DNA of 32,000 bases from Desulfobulbus propionicus DSM 2032. GTDB taxonomy: Bacteria; Desulfobacterota; Desulfobulbia; Desulfobulbales; Desulfobulbaceae. Numbering within the stretch: position 1 is the first letter of the stretch; each line of letters begins with the position of its first letter. Where the stretch lies: contig NC_014972.1 in the NCBI RefSeq assembly GCF_000186885.1, forward strand, positions 3,420,001 to 3,452,000, written 5' to 3'. Below are positions 1-7,607 of the stretch, piece by piece. The position numbers and the translations under genes were made by a program. Below the pieces are notes generated by a model. It was given only the letters and a program-made list of their open reading frames with translations. It ran no database searches and was not told where the DNA came from.

Positions 1-103
1 CGCCGGGCATGTGACCCCCGGTGATATCGTACCGGTACGGATCACCGAGGCGCATACCTATGACCTTGTCGGCGAAGTGGTCAGCGGAGAGGACAGCCGC
101 TGA
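1..103 (+). CDS. 3' end of a radical-SAM methylthiotransferase (MiaB/RimO/MtaB family), TRAM-domain C-terminus; the 5' part lies outside the window
   Basis: Frame 2 is open from the window edge to TGA at 101-103 and reads AGHVTPGDIVPVRITEAHTYDLVGEVVSGEDSR. The pattern G-x-x-V-x-V-x-I-T-x-A-x-x-Y-x-L-x-G-E-x-V is typical of the end of the TRAM domain in these enzymes. Only 33 aa are visible, so this is a family-level call. Confidence 0.45.
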   Translation, partial: AGHVTPGDIVPVRITEAHTYDLVGEVVSGEDSR

Positions 104-118
104 CCGATGGGGCATGAC

Positions 119-406
119 TCACTTGCCGCTATTCTTATTGACCTGTTCGCGCAGATCCTTGCCAACTTTAAAAAACGGCAATTTCTTTGGTTTTACTTTG
201 ATTTTCTCGCCGGTCTTTGGATTGCGGCCGGTGTAGGATTCATACTCCTTGACGACAAAACTACCAAACCCTCGAATTTCAATCGATTCTCCCCTGGCGA
301 GAGCGTCACTCATGGTTTCGATGATCGTGTTGGTTATTGAGGCGGCTTCTCGGATGGGAATGTTCATCGCTTCAGCCAAGGCTTCGATCAATTCGGATTT
401 GTTCAT
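119..406 (-). CDS. HU/IHF-family (DNABII) DNA-binding protein, closest by eye to integration host factor beta subunit
   Basis: The 95-aa ORF carries MNKSELIEALA...GESIEIRGFGSF...TGRNPKTGEKI, the diagnostic HU/IHF motifs. It resembles E. coli IHF-beta (KSELIE, IEIRGFGSF, GRNPKTG). An SD-like AGGAGA sits 7 nt upstream of the ATG at 406. Confidence 0.85.
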   Translation of the reverse strand: MNKSELIEALAEAMNIPIREAASITNTIIETMSDALARGESIEIRGFGSFVVKEYESYTGRNPKTGEKIKVKPKKLPFFKVGKDLREQVNKNSGK

Positions 407-524
407 ACCAATCTCTCCTGCACGCTCCCCGACGGATTCACTGCAAAACGGTTATTCCTCATCTGAAAGATAGCGCACATCGGCCATCGTATAAAAAAAA
501 CTGATTTCAGGAGGCTGTTGAAAT

Positions 525-1268
525 TTAAGCAAGTATGTTTTTGATTGTAAAGGGAATTTTCCGTGTAAAAATCTTTTTTAAGTCATTTTGGTTCAGAACC
601 CTGTATTTTCCGAGGGGAAGTGAGCCGAGGCGAAGGTTACCGTACGCCGTTCGCCTGAGATGAAGAACCCGGTGGTTGATGGCCTGAAACATTTTCCGCA
701 CCTGCCGTTTCTTGCCCTCGTGGATAGTGATTTCCACCAAGGTCGTTCCTTTGTGCCGCCGAAGTAGGCGAACGACTGCCGGCCGGGTCATCACTCCATC
801 GATTTCAATCCCCGACTCCAACCGCTTGAGTTTGTCGACCGAGGGCGAACCGCTCACCTCAGCCTCATAGGTCTTGTTGACCTCGTAGCGGGGATGGAGG
901 ATGGCGTTGCCCAACTCCCCGTCATTGGTCATCAACAGCGCGCCTTCCGTATCCAGATCCAGACGGCCCACGGGAAAAAGCCGCAATGGAATGTCGGCAA
1001 GCAGATCGGAAACCATGGGGCGGCCCTGCGGGTCCGAAAGAGTGGTCACATATCCGGCCGGCTTGTTGAGCAGAACGTAAATCTTTTCCTCGAAGACAAG
1101 TGGATGACCGTCACAGGTGATGGTGTCGCGATTGGGATCGGCCTTGCTGCCCATGCCGGTGACCACGTGGCCGTTTATTCGAATCCGACCTTCGAGAATC
1201 AGCTGTTCGGCCTTACGCCGGGAGGCGATACCAGCCTTGGCGAGAATTTTCTGCAGCCGTTCTTCCAT
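525..1268 (-). CDS. rluB: RsuA/RluB-family rRNA pseudouridine synthase with N-terminal S4 domain
   Basis: The 247-aa ORF has an S4 RNA-binding motif (RLQKILAKAGIASRRKAEQLILEGRIRING). It is followed by the catalytic-Asp motif GRLDLDTEGALLMTNDG of the RsuA/RluB family. Confidence 0.85.
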   Translation of the reverse strand: MEERLQKILAKAGIASRRKAEQLILEGRIRINGHVVTGMGSKADPNRDTITCDGHPLVFEEKIYVLLNKPAGYVTTLSDPQGRPMVSDLLADIPLRLFPVGRLDLDTEGALLMTNDGELGNAILHPRYEVNKTYEAEVSGSPSVDKLKRLESGIEIDGVMTRPAVVRLLRRHKGTTLVEITIHEGKKRQVRKMFQAINHRVLHLRRTAYGNLRLGSLPLGKYRVLNQNDLKKIFTRKIPFTIKNILA

Positions 1269-1313
1269 GAATGCAACGAATCGAGGCGAGACCAGAGGAC
1301 GAATGGAGCAAGC

Positions 1314-3086
1314 CTAGCGGAAGCGGGAAGGCAGGATGGTGGCGATCTTATCGTCGACCAACCGCTGGGTTGCCGGATCCACGGCGAGCACCTCCGTGTA
1401 CCACGGCTTCATTCGGCAATCAAAGACAATCGGCGGCTGCAGGCCCACATGGAAGCGCCGGACCGTCTGCTCACGGCCATGAATATCTGCTGCCGGCTCG
1501 AAACGGGTGAAAAAGGTCCACAAGAATTCCTGCAGCGAACAGGTCGCCTCCTCGGTCGAATCGACCAGAACCACCACCGGCCAAGAGGACACCCCGGGAA
1601 ATCGGGCGATTTCATCGGCAAGATGGGGCGCGGCGGCGTACTCAATTCCCTGAACAACCAGGGTACCGGGAAGAAAGGCGCGGGGATGGCTGCATTGCGG
1701 TGGGAGGATGCCGGCAAATTCAACCGGCAAATCCCGCCGTTTTTCCTGTCCAAGCCCGAGCATCATGGCCTTGGAGCCTTTGTTGACCGATGGCCCGGTG
1801 TAGTCGAGGGTATCTTGGGAGACATTGGCAAAGACAAACAGATCGCGATCCCACTCGATCCGTTCCAGGATGTGCTGCCATAAACGGGGAAAATGCGCCA
1901 CATCGATGCTGCCGTCGGTCACGAGGAGAAACTTGGTGAGCGACAACTGGCCTTCGCCGAGAATACGCAAACCGGCGGCAAAGGCCTCTCGCGGATACCG
2001 ATCGGTAACCCTGGCGGCGGCCAGGCAGTGGAATCCGGTTTCGCCAAAGGTCTTCAGCTGGACAACCCCCTTCATCACCAGCGGGAAAAGCGGCGAGAGA
2101 AGATCCTGGAGAAAATCGCCGATGAAATAATCCTCCTGTTTGGGCCGACCGACCACCGTGGCCGGGTAGATAGCATCCTTGCGATGATAGAGATGGGTGG
2201 TCTGAAAAATTGGGTAGTCGTGTTGCAGTGAATTGTAGCCATAATGATCGCCAAAGGGACCTTCCGGCCGCCGGATATGGGGCGGGACACGTCCCTTGAT
2301 GGCGAATTCGGCCTCGGCCACCAGTTGATGTCCACCCAGAGGATCGTCGACCACACGTAATTTTTCCCCCTGGAGAAGGCTGGCGAGGATCAGTTCGGGG
2401 ATGTTCTCCGGCAGGGGCGCGATGGCTGCCAGCATCAGGGCAGGCGGGCCGCCAATATAGAGGGTCAGCGGCAGGGCCTTGTTCTGTTGTTCGGCCGCAA
2501 AGTAATGAAAGCCTCCGCCTTTGTGAATCTGCCAATGAATACCGGTGGTGGTGTCATCGAACCGTTGAATCCGGTACATGCCGAGATTATGGCCCAAGCC
2601 GTCGGGATGCTCGGTATAGACCAATGGTAGGGTCACAAAGGCGCCACCGTCGGAATGCCAGGAAGTGAGCATCGGCAGCTCGGTCAGGCGCGCGGGCTGT
2701 TGGCAACAATCGAGAATTGGCCCGGCGGTGCATCGCTTGAGACCGACCTTCAACCCCTGATTCAGCAGCGAACGGGCATGCCACAGAGACGAAAGCGTCG
2801 GCGGCAGTGCCTGTTCCACCAAGTCGACCAAACCACGCACAAAGTTGAGCGGCCGTTTGCCAAACGCCAGCTCGAGGCGAAGGTTGGTGCCGAAAAGATT
2901 GGTGATCACGGGAAAACGGGATCCCTTCACCTTGGTGAACAGCAGCGCCGGTCCCCCTTGGGCAATCACCCGCCGGTGGATCTCGGCAATTTCCAGATAC
3001 GGATCAACCGGGGTGTCGATGGTGAGCAGTTGGTTGTTGGCGCGCAACAGCTCTATGAATTGGCGCAGATTGACAAGTGCATGCAT
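1314..3086 (-). CDS. UbiD-family (prenyl-FMN dependent) decarboxylase
   Basis: The N-terminus MHALVNLRQFIELLR..TPVDPYLEIAEIHRRVIAQGGPALLFTKVKG...NLFGT parallels E. coli UbiD (LRDFLTLLE..LPVDPHLEITEIADR..GGPALLFENPKG..NLFGT). I chose the ATG at 3086 from that alignment. The longest ORF in the track extends to a GTG at 3119 with no SD. Confidence 0.85.
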   Translation of the reverse strand: MHALVNLRQFIELLRANNQLLTIDTPVDPYLEIAEIHRRVIAQGGPALLFTKVKGSRFPVITNLFGTNLRLELAFGKRPLNFVRGLVDLVEQALPPTLSSLWHARSLLNQGLKVGLKRCTAGPILDCCQQPARLTELPMLTSWHSDGGAFVTLPLVYTEHPDGLGHNLGMYRIQRFDDTTTGIHWQIHKGGGFHYFAAEQQNKALPLTLYIGGPPALMLAAIAPLPENIPELILASLLQGEKLRVVDDPLGGHQLVAEAEFAIKGRVPPHIRRPEGPFGDHYGYNSLQHDYPIFQTTHLYHRKDAIYPATVVGRPKQEDYFIGDFLQDLLSPLFPLVMKGVVQLKTFGETGFHCLAAARVTDRYPREAFAAGLRILGEGQLSLTKFLLVTDGSIDVAHFPRLWQHILERIEWDRDLFVFANVSQDTLDYTGPSVNKGSKAMMLGLGQEKRRDLPVEFAGILPPQCSHPRAFLPGTLVVQGIEYAAAPHLADEIARFPGVSSWPVVVLVDSTEEATCSLQEFLWTFFTRFEPAADIHGREQTVRRFHVGLQPPIVFDCRMKPWYTEVLAVDPATQRLVDDKIATILPSRFR

Positions 3087-3136
3087 GCTGGTCTTGATCC
3101 AGTACGAGGGTGGTCGCACGAACTGTCCGCTAGGGC

Positions 3137-3355
3137 TCAGTCGTGATGGTGATGGTCTTCGCGGAGAAACAGCGTGTGGTATTCGTCACCGCTGAGGTGC
3201 GTTTTCATCAGACCGGTGAGCACATTGACCACCTGATGAATTTCCGCTTCAGTCATCCGGGAAACCAACACACGGGAAAGTCGCTCATCACTGAAATGGT
3301 GAAGAAAATCGATGAGTGACTGCTCATCGGTGGCGCGATCGATTCCAAAAAACAT
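3137..3355 (-). CDS. small hypothetical cytoplasmic protein (72 aa) ending in a natural His tract (EDHHHHD)
   Basis: The track ORF 3137..3457 would overlap the upstream YjbQ-like gene by 76 nt. The internal ATG at 3355 (MFFGIDRATDEQSL...) starts 27 nt after that gene's stop. No family was recognised, the SD is weak, and the start is uncertain. Confidence 0.45.
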   Translation of the reverse strand: MFFGIDRATDEQSLIDFLHHFSDERLSRVLVSRMTEAEIHQVVNVLTGLMKTHLSGDEYHTLFLREDHHHHD

Positions 3356-3381
3356 AGGGATCCGTTGCAACAAAACTGGCG

Positions 3382-3783
3382 TTAACCCGCGATCATTTTC
3401 CACCAGATCTGGCGGTTGCGGGGGCCATCGAACTCGCAGAAAAAAATGCGTTGCCATGTCCCCAGCCGCAACCGCCCCCGATCGATGAACACGGTCACCG
3501 AAGATCCGGTCAAAGCGGTCATCAGGTGGGCGGGTGAATTGCCCTCGGCATGACGATACGGATAATCGGCGGGCACGATTCGAGGCAACGCGCCAAGAAT
3601 ATCCCGTCGCACATCCGGATCGGCCCCCTCGTTGATCAGCACCCCCGCGGTGGTATGCGGGTTATAGAGCGAAAGGATTCCCTCCTCGATGGAGTTGGCC
3701 GCCACGAGCTGCTGCATCTGACTGGTCAGGTCAATCATTTCCAACTGTTTGCCGCTGGTGACGGACAGCTCGCCGCTTGGCAT
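3382..3783 (-). CDS. YjbQ/UPF0047-family protein (secondary thiamine-phosphate synthase family)
   Basis: The motifs ..LYNPHTTAGVLINEGADPDVRRD...HAEGNSPAHLMTALTGSSVTV.I..G.L.LGTWQ.I.F.E.DG match the YjbQ signature. For comparison, E. coli YjbQ has HTSASLTLNEN.DP.V..D, MPSHIKSS.LG and GTWQGIWL.E. The ATG at 3783 (MPSGELSVTS) was chosen because the longer ORF would overlap the upstream lipoprotein gene. Confidence 0.8.
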   Translation of the reverse strand: MPSGELSVTSGKQLEMIDLTSQMQQLVAANSIEEGILSLYNPHTTAGVLINEGADPDVRRDILGALPRIVPADYPYRHAEGNSPAHLMTALTGSSVTVFIDRGRLRLGTWQRIFFCEFDGPRNRQIWWKMIAG

Positions 3784-3805
3784 GAACGGGGATCTCAGAA
3801 AATGA

Positions 3806-4240
3806 TTATTGCAGCTGCCACGCGCCGTATTCATCACGACAGGCGGTGCTGTAGGTTCGCTGTGGTCTGCCGTCGATCACCGCTTCAATCTCCGCCCGGC
3901 GGCAGACCCGATTGGAGCCACTCTGGTAGGCTGGTTGCGGGGTGACGGTGTACTGGTTGCCGGTGTCCGGGTTGACCCAGGACGAGCGCTGGTTGGAAAT
4001 GCCGCGTTCATAGGCATGGTTGAGCTGTTCCCGGTCGTATTTGTCCATTTCGTTGCCCACGATGTAACCAAGCAGCCCGCCCACCGCGGCACCGATCAGG
4101 GTGGCGCCGGTATTGTGGCCGATGGCCTGGCCAATGAGTGCCCCGGCGGCGGCACCGCCCACCGCCCCGGTCTGGCCCTTGGTGGCACAGGAAGAAAGGG
4201 TGAGCAGGAAAAGCAGAGCGATAACGCTTAAAAACTTCAT
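3806..4240 (-). CDS. outer-membrane-type lipoprotein with a glycine-zipper (17-kDa surface antigen-like) domain
   Basis: The signal peptide has a lipobox (MKFLSVIALLFLLTLSS|C). It is followed by Gly/Ala zipper repeats (GAVGGAAAGALIGQAIG...GAAVGGLLGYIVG). The C-terminal module carries CRR...ACRD..G.W, as in RT0821/Lpp0805-type surface proteins. An SD GGGAGA precedes the ATG. The ATG overlaps the rmuC stop (ATGA at 4237-4240). Confidence 0.75.
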   Translation of the reverse strand: MKFLSVIALLFLLTLSSCATKGQTGAVGGAAAGALIGQAIGHNTGATLIGAAVGGLLGYIVGNEMDKYDREQLNHAYERGISNQRSSWVNPDTGNQYTVTPQPAYQSGSNRVCRRAEIEAVIDGRPQRTYSTACRDEYGAWQLQ

Positions 4241-5592
4241 GATGTTTCTCCCGAAAAAGAAGAACGGTGCTTCAGCGAGTCAGGCAGTTCTTTGCTTGCC
4301 TGCACTCCCAAGTGTTTCAAGGCTTCAGTGCGGGCAATCAGATTGCCCTGACCAGCAGTCAATCGATTCCTGGCCGTGTGCCAGGCCTGCTGGGCCTGGT
4401 TGAGACGAAAGCCAACATCCTCAAAGGCTTCGACAAAACCAACGAATTTATCATAAAGGCTCCCCGCCTGTTTGGCAATCACTAAACTGTTGCGGTTTTG
4501 TTCGTCCAGCCGCCACAGATGATGGATCGTTCGCAACACGGCCAGCAGCGTCGAAGGACTGGCGAGAATCACCTTTTTCTGCATGGCACTGATCAAAATC
4601 TCCGGTTCCCGTTCGACCGCAAGCTGAAACGCCCCTTCGACGGGAATGAACAGGAGGACGAAATCCAGCGCCCCCAAATCGGACAACAGGTGGTATTCCT
4701 TACTGGACAGCAGGCTGATCTGCCGTTTGATCGAATCGAGGTGTAACTTGATCTTCTGCTCCCGCAGATCATCGGCGGGTGCGTTGTGTGCATCGACAAA
4801 GGCCTTGAGCGAAACCTTGGCGTCGATAATCACTGTCCGGTTCTCGGGGAGATAGACCACGGCATCGGGCTGGTAGGCCGTGCCGTCACTGGTTGTGCAA
4901 TGGACCTGAACGGCGAACTCCTTGCCGTTGCGCAAGCCAGAGGCTTCCAGCAGCCGGCTGAGCACCATCTCGCCCCACTGTCCCTGTAGCTTGTTGCTGC
5001 CCCGCAAGGCCTGGGTGAGGTTGGCAGCCTCGGCACTGATCTGCTGATTGAGCCGCTTGAGGTGCTCGATCTCCTTGAGCATCGAAACCCGATCACGCGC
5101 ATCGCGATCATAGGTCTCTTCGATCTTCCGCTTGAATTCCAGCAGCTGCTCATGAAAAGGCCGGAGCAGCAAGGTAAGAGCCGAGGCATGCTGTTTGTTG
5201 AGCTGTTCCCCCTTTTCGCTGATGATCCTGCCGGCCAGAAACTGAAAATCCTGTTCGATCTGCTGCCGTGCCTCGGCCAGGAGCGTCTCCCGTTCGTCCA
5301 CCTGTTGCTGCATGGCCCGGCAGGCGGTCTGCAAGGAGGCATTCTCGGCGTCCATTTCGCGGCACTCCCTGGCCAGCTGGTCGCGTTCCAGGCGAAGACG
5401 TTGCACCTCGGCCTCCTGGGCGCGCGACTCATCCTGCAGCCGCTCCAGCCTCAGCGACAGGATCAGATGACGCCGCTGGGTTCGGCTGTGGCCCGCAAGC
5501 AGGACGAGAATGGCCACCACCGCGCATGCACCCGCCCCCAAGACACAAGAAAACAGGTCAATCTGATCGAAGGGGGAGGGCAAGGGGGGCAT
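4237..5592 (-). CDS. rmuC: DNA recombination protein RmuC
   Basis: The 451-aa ORF has an N-terminal TM segment and a long coiled-coil region. A conserved RmuC C-terminal core follows (QWGEMVLSRLLEASGL..G.EF..Q.........PD.VV.LP....V.IDAK.SL.A). This is the typical RmuC architecture. Confidence 0.85.
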   Translation of the reverse strand: MPPLPSPFDQIDLFSCVLGAGACAVVAILVLLAGHSRTQRRHLILSLRLERLQDESRAQEAEVQRLRLERDQLARECREMDAENASLQTACRAMQQQVDERETLLAEARQQIEQDFQFLAGRIISEKGEQLNKQHASALTLLLRPFHEQLLEFKRKIEETYDRDARDRVSMLKEIEHLKRLNQQISAEAANLTQALRGSNKLQGQWGEMVLSRLLEASGLRNGKEFAVQVHCTTSDGTAYQPDAVVYLPENRTVIIDAKVSLKAFVDAHNAPADDLREQKIKLHLDSIKRQISLLSSKEYHLLSDLGALDFVLLFIPVEGAFQLAVEREPEILISAMQKKVILASPSTLLAVLRTIHHLWRLDEQNRNSLVIAKQAGSLYDKFVGFVEAFEDVGFRLNQAQQAWHTARNRLTAGQGNLIARTEALKHLGVQASKELPDSLKHRSSFSGETS

Positions 5593-5622
5593 GATAAAAA
5601 AATGGGCAAGGGAACCCGACGT

Positions 5623-5928
5623 TCAACCGCGCCGGGCACGGCGTCGCAATTCGTCGATCTCATCCAGCAGATCCAGGACCAGGGCGCAGCCCGGCAGGTT
5701 GACGCGAAGATCGTTTTGCAGCCTGATCGCGGTCTGTACCCGCTTAACGGCGACAAAGGTGAACCGCCACTCCCGCGGGGAATACCCTTCCGGACTAATG
5801 ATCCCCTCCTCGACCATGCCGTGGATGCGTTCGGCGCTGACCCCGCACAGCCTGCACAAATCCGCTAGGGTGCAGCGGGTTTCTTCATCAAGGACCATGC
5901 CCTGGATATAGGTTCGTTGTTCGGTCAT
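5623..5928 (-). CDS. cbpM: chaperone-modulator CbpM (MerR-like small protein)
   Basis: The 101-aa ORF lies immediately downstream of the cbpA-like gene, with a 2-nt gap. The stretch L.DLCRLCGVS.E.I..MVEEGII.P.......W.F......R...A.RL..DL..N..G.AL.L.LLDEI..L parallels E. coli CbpM. Confidence 0.8.
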   Translation of the reverse strand: MTEQRTYIQGMVLDEETRCTLADLCRLCGVSAERIHGMVEEGIISPEGYSPREWRFTFVAVKRVQTAIRLQNDLRVNLPGCALVLDLLDEIDELRRRARRG

Positions 5929-5930
5929 AT

Positions 5931-6875
5931 TCAGATTCCCAGTTCGGCTCGGGGGTTGAACGGCATCTTTTGCGCCATGGTCGCATACAGCTTGCGCTGC
6001 TCTTCCGTGGTGGCCTCCGGAATAACTATGTGCAGGGTGACAATCTGATCGCCGCGATGGCTGCCGGAGGAAAGCCCCTTGCCTTTAAGGCGGAGTTTTT
6101 TACCGGCCTGCGATCCCGGCGGGATCTTCAGCTGTACATTGCCGCCCAAGGTGGGAACGGTCAGGGTAGCCCCTAGGGCCGCCTCCCACGGCGCCAGCGG
6201 CAGAGCGAGGTGGATGTCTCGTTTATCGGCGTGGAAGAGCTGATCCTCCTCAAAGGCAATCTCCAGGTACAGGTCACCGGCCGGGCTGCCGCCGTAACCG
6301 GGAAGCCCTTGGCCTTCCAGGCGTATCCGTTGCCCTTCGATGATTCCTTTGGGAATGGCCACATGCAGCCGATGCGGACTCACCGAGACATGACCGTTCG
6401 GGTCGACCGTGGACCGGTTCAGGGTGATGGTCTTGTGCGCGCCGTGATAAGAATCGGCAAGCGAGATCACTATCTTGGCATGTTGATCTTCGCCCTGCAT
6501 GCGAAAGGTCTGCCGCCTGTGCCCACCCGCCTGGCCACGGCCGAACAGGGATTCGAAGAAATCACTGAATTGACTCGCGTCGCCGCCGGTATAGCCGCCG
6601 CCGCGGAATTCAAACCCCGCATCCCAGTTGGGAGGCGGTTCGAAATGCTGGCCCTCTCGCCAGTTGGCTCCAAACTGATCGTAGGCGGCTCGTTTTTCCG
6701 GATCCTTGAGGACTTCGTAGGCCTCGCCGGCATCCTTGAACTTGGCCTCGGCATTTGCCTCCTTGCTGACATCGGGGTGGTATTTGCGGGCCACCTTGCG
6801 ATAGGCCTGCTTGATCTGGTCCTGAGTGGCGTTGCGATCAACTCCCAGTATCTTGTAGTAATCTTTGTATTCCAT
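5931..6875 (-). CDS. cbpA: curved-DNA-binding protein CbpA (DnaJ-like co-chaperone lacking the Cys-rich zinc finger)
   Basis: The J-domain is MEYKDYYKILGV....DQIKQAYRKVARKYHPDVSKE..AEAKFKDAGEAYEVL.D.EKRAAYDQ. A G/F-like segment and DnaJ C-terminal domains follow, with no CxxCxGxG repeats. A cbpM partner gene lies downstream. The ATG at 6875 is preceded by GGGAG; the track ORF begins 18 nt further upstream at 6893. Confidence 0.85.
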   Translation of the reverse strand: MEYKDYYKILGVDRNATQDQIKQAYRKVARKYHPDVSKEANAEAKFKDAGEAYEVLKDPEKRAAYDQFGANWREGQHFEPPPNWDAGFEFRGGGYTGGDASQFSDFFESLFGRGQAGGHRRQTFRMQGEDQHAKIVISLADSYHGAHKTITLNRSTVDPNGHVSVSPHRLHVAIPKGIIEGQRIRLEGQGLPGYGGSPAGDLYLEIAFEEDQLFHADKRDIHLALPLAPWEAALGATLTVPTLGGNVQLKIPPGSQAGKKLRLKGKGLSSGSHRGDQIVTLHIVIPEATTEEQRKLYATMAQKMPFNPRAELGI

Positions 6876-6972
6876 GGTGCTCCCTGGAGACATTACCCTT
6901 GAATGCTGTCAGGTAAAAATAAGAATAGCCTATTAAAAAGAAAAGAATAAAATACGCCAAACAGCTTTCCCC

Positions 6973-7002
6973 TTGAAGTGCGCCCCGTGTTTCCTTTATG
7001 TT
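6973..7002 (+). promoter_or_regulatory. candidate sigma70-type promoter for aroK-glgA
   Basis: TTGAAG (6973-6978) is followed by an 18-nt spacer and TATGTT (6997-7002), about 24 nt upstream of the aroK ATG. The site lies in an AT-rich divergent intergenic region. This is a by-eye match only. Confidence 0.25.
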
Positions 7003-7025
7003 GAAGTAATGGTTTGGAGGAAACA

Positions 7026-7607
7026 ATGAACAATATTGTCCTCACCGGATTCCGGGCCACGGGCAAGACCTCGGTAGGCAAGGCGCTGGCGACAAAACTT
7101 GGGTATGCCTTTTCCGATACCGACCGCCTGCTCTGTGAACGACTGCATGCCCCGATCGCCGACATCGTGGCCCGTCATGGCTGGCCGTTTTTTCGTCAGG
7201 CAGAGGCACAACTCTTGCGTGAACTCGCGTCCATGACCCATACGGTTCTGGCAACCGGTGGGGGGGCAATTCAACACCATGCGGAGTGGTCGCTCCTCAG
7301 AACCCATTCATACGTTGTCTGGCTTGACGCCGATCTCGCCACCATCAGCAAACGCATTGCTGCAGATGCCGCCTCCGCAGCCCAACGTCCCGCTCTTGTC
7401 CAAGGGCTAACCGCCCACGACGAAATAGAAACCCTGCTCGAACAGCGCCGACCGCTCTATGCAGCCGGATCCGATCTGCGTCTCGATACCGCCAACGACG
7501 ATCCTGAGACCCTGGCCGAACGCATTGTTGAACAACTCAAGCGCATGGCGAATGAGGGCAGGGGAAAGACTCTACGCGACAGGGCCAAGGTGGCGGCCAA
7601 AGGATAG
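7026..7607 (+). CDS. aroK: shikimate kinase
   Basis: The N-terminus MNNIVLTGFRATGKTSVGKALA..LGY.F.DTD contains a Walker A (GxxGxGKT/S) and the shikimate-kinase DTD motif. ATGGGA follows later in the protein. A GGAGG SD lies 5 nt upstream of the ATG at 7026; the track ORF begins at a TTG at 7014. Confidence 0.85.
   Translation: MNNIVLTGFRATGKTSVGKALATKLGYAFSDTDRLLCERLHAPIADIVARHGWPFFRQAEAQLLRELASMTHTVLATGGGAIQHHAEWSLLRTHSYVVWLDADLATISKRIAADAASAAQRPALVQGLTAHDEIETLLEQRRPLYAAGSDLRLDTANDDPETLAERIVEQLKRMANEGRGKTLRDRAKVAAKG

Noticed and set aside
894-1883. A 329-aa plus-strand ORF. Similar long ORFs occur at 7572..8465 (-), 10478..11275 (-), 17093..17779 (-), 20092..20964 (-), 21796..22821 (-), 5062..5868 (+), 6210..6902 (+), 14019..15059 (+), 16936..17997 (+) and 25258..25935 (+).
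   Set aside because: Each one is antisense to, or out of frame with, a gene carrying diagnostic family motifs. None has a recognisable motif. Their products are compositionally biased, as expected for non-coding frames in GC-rich sequence.
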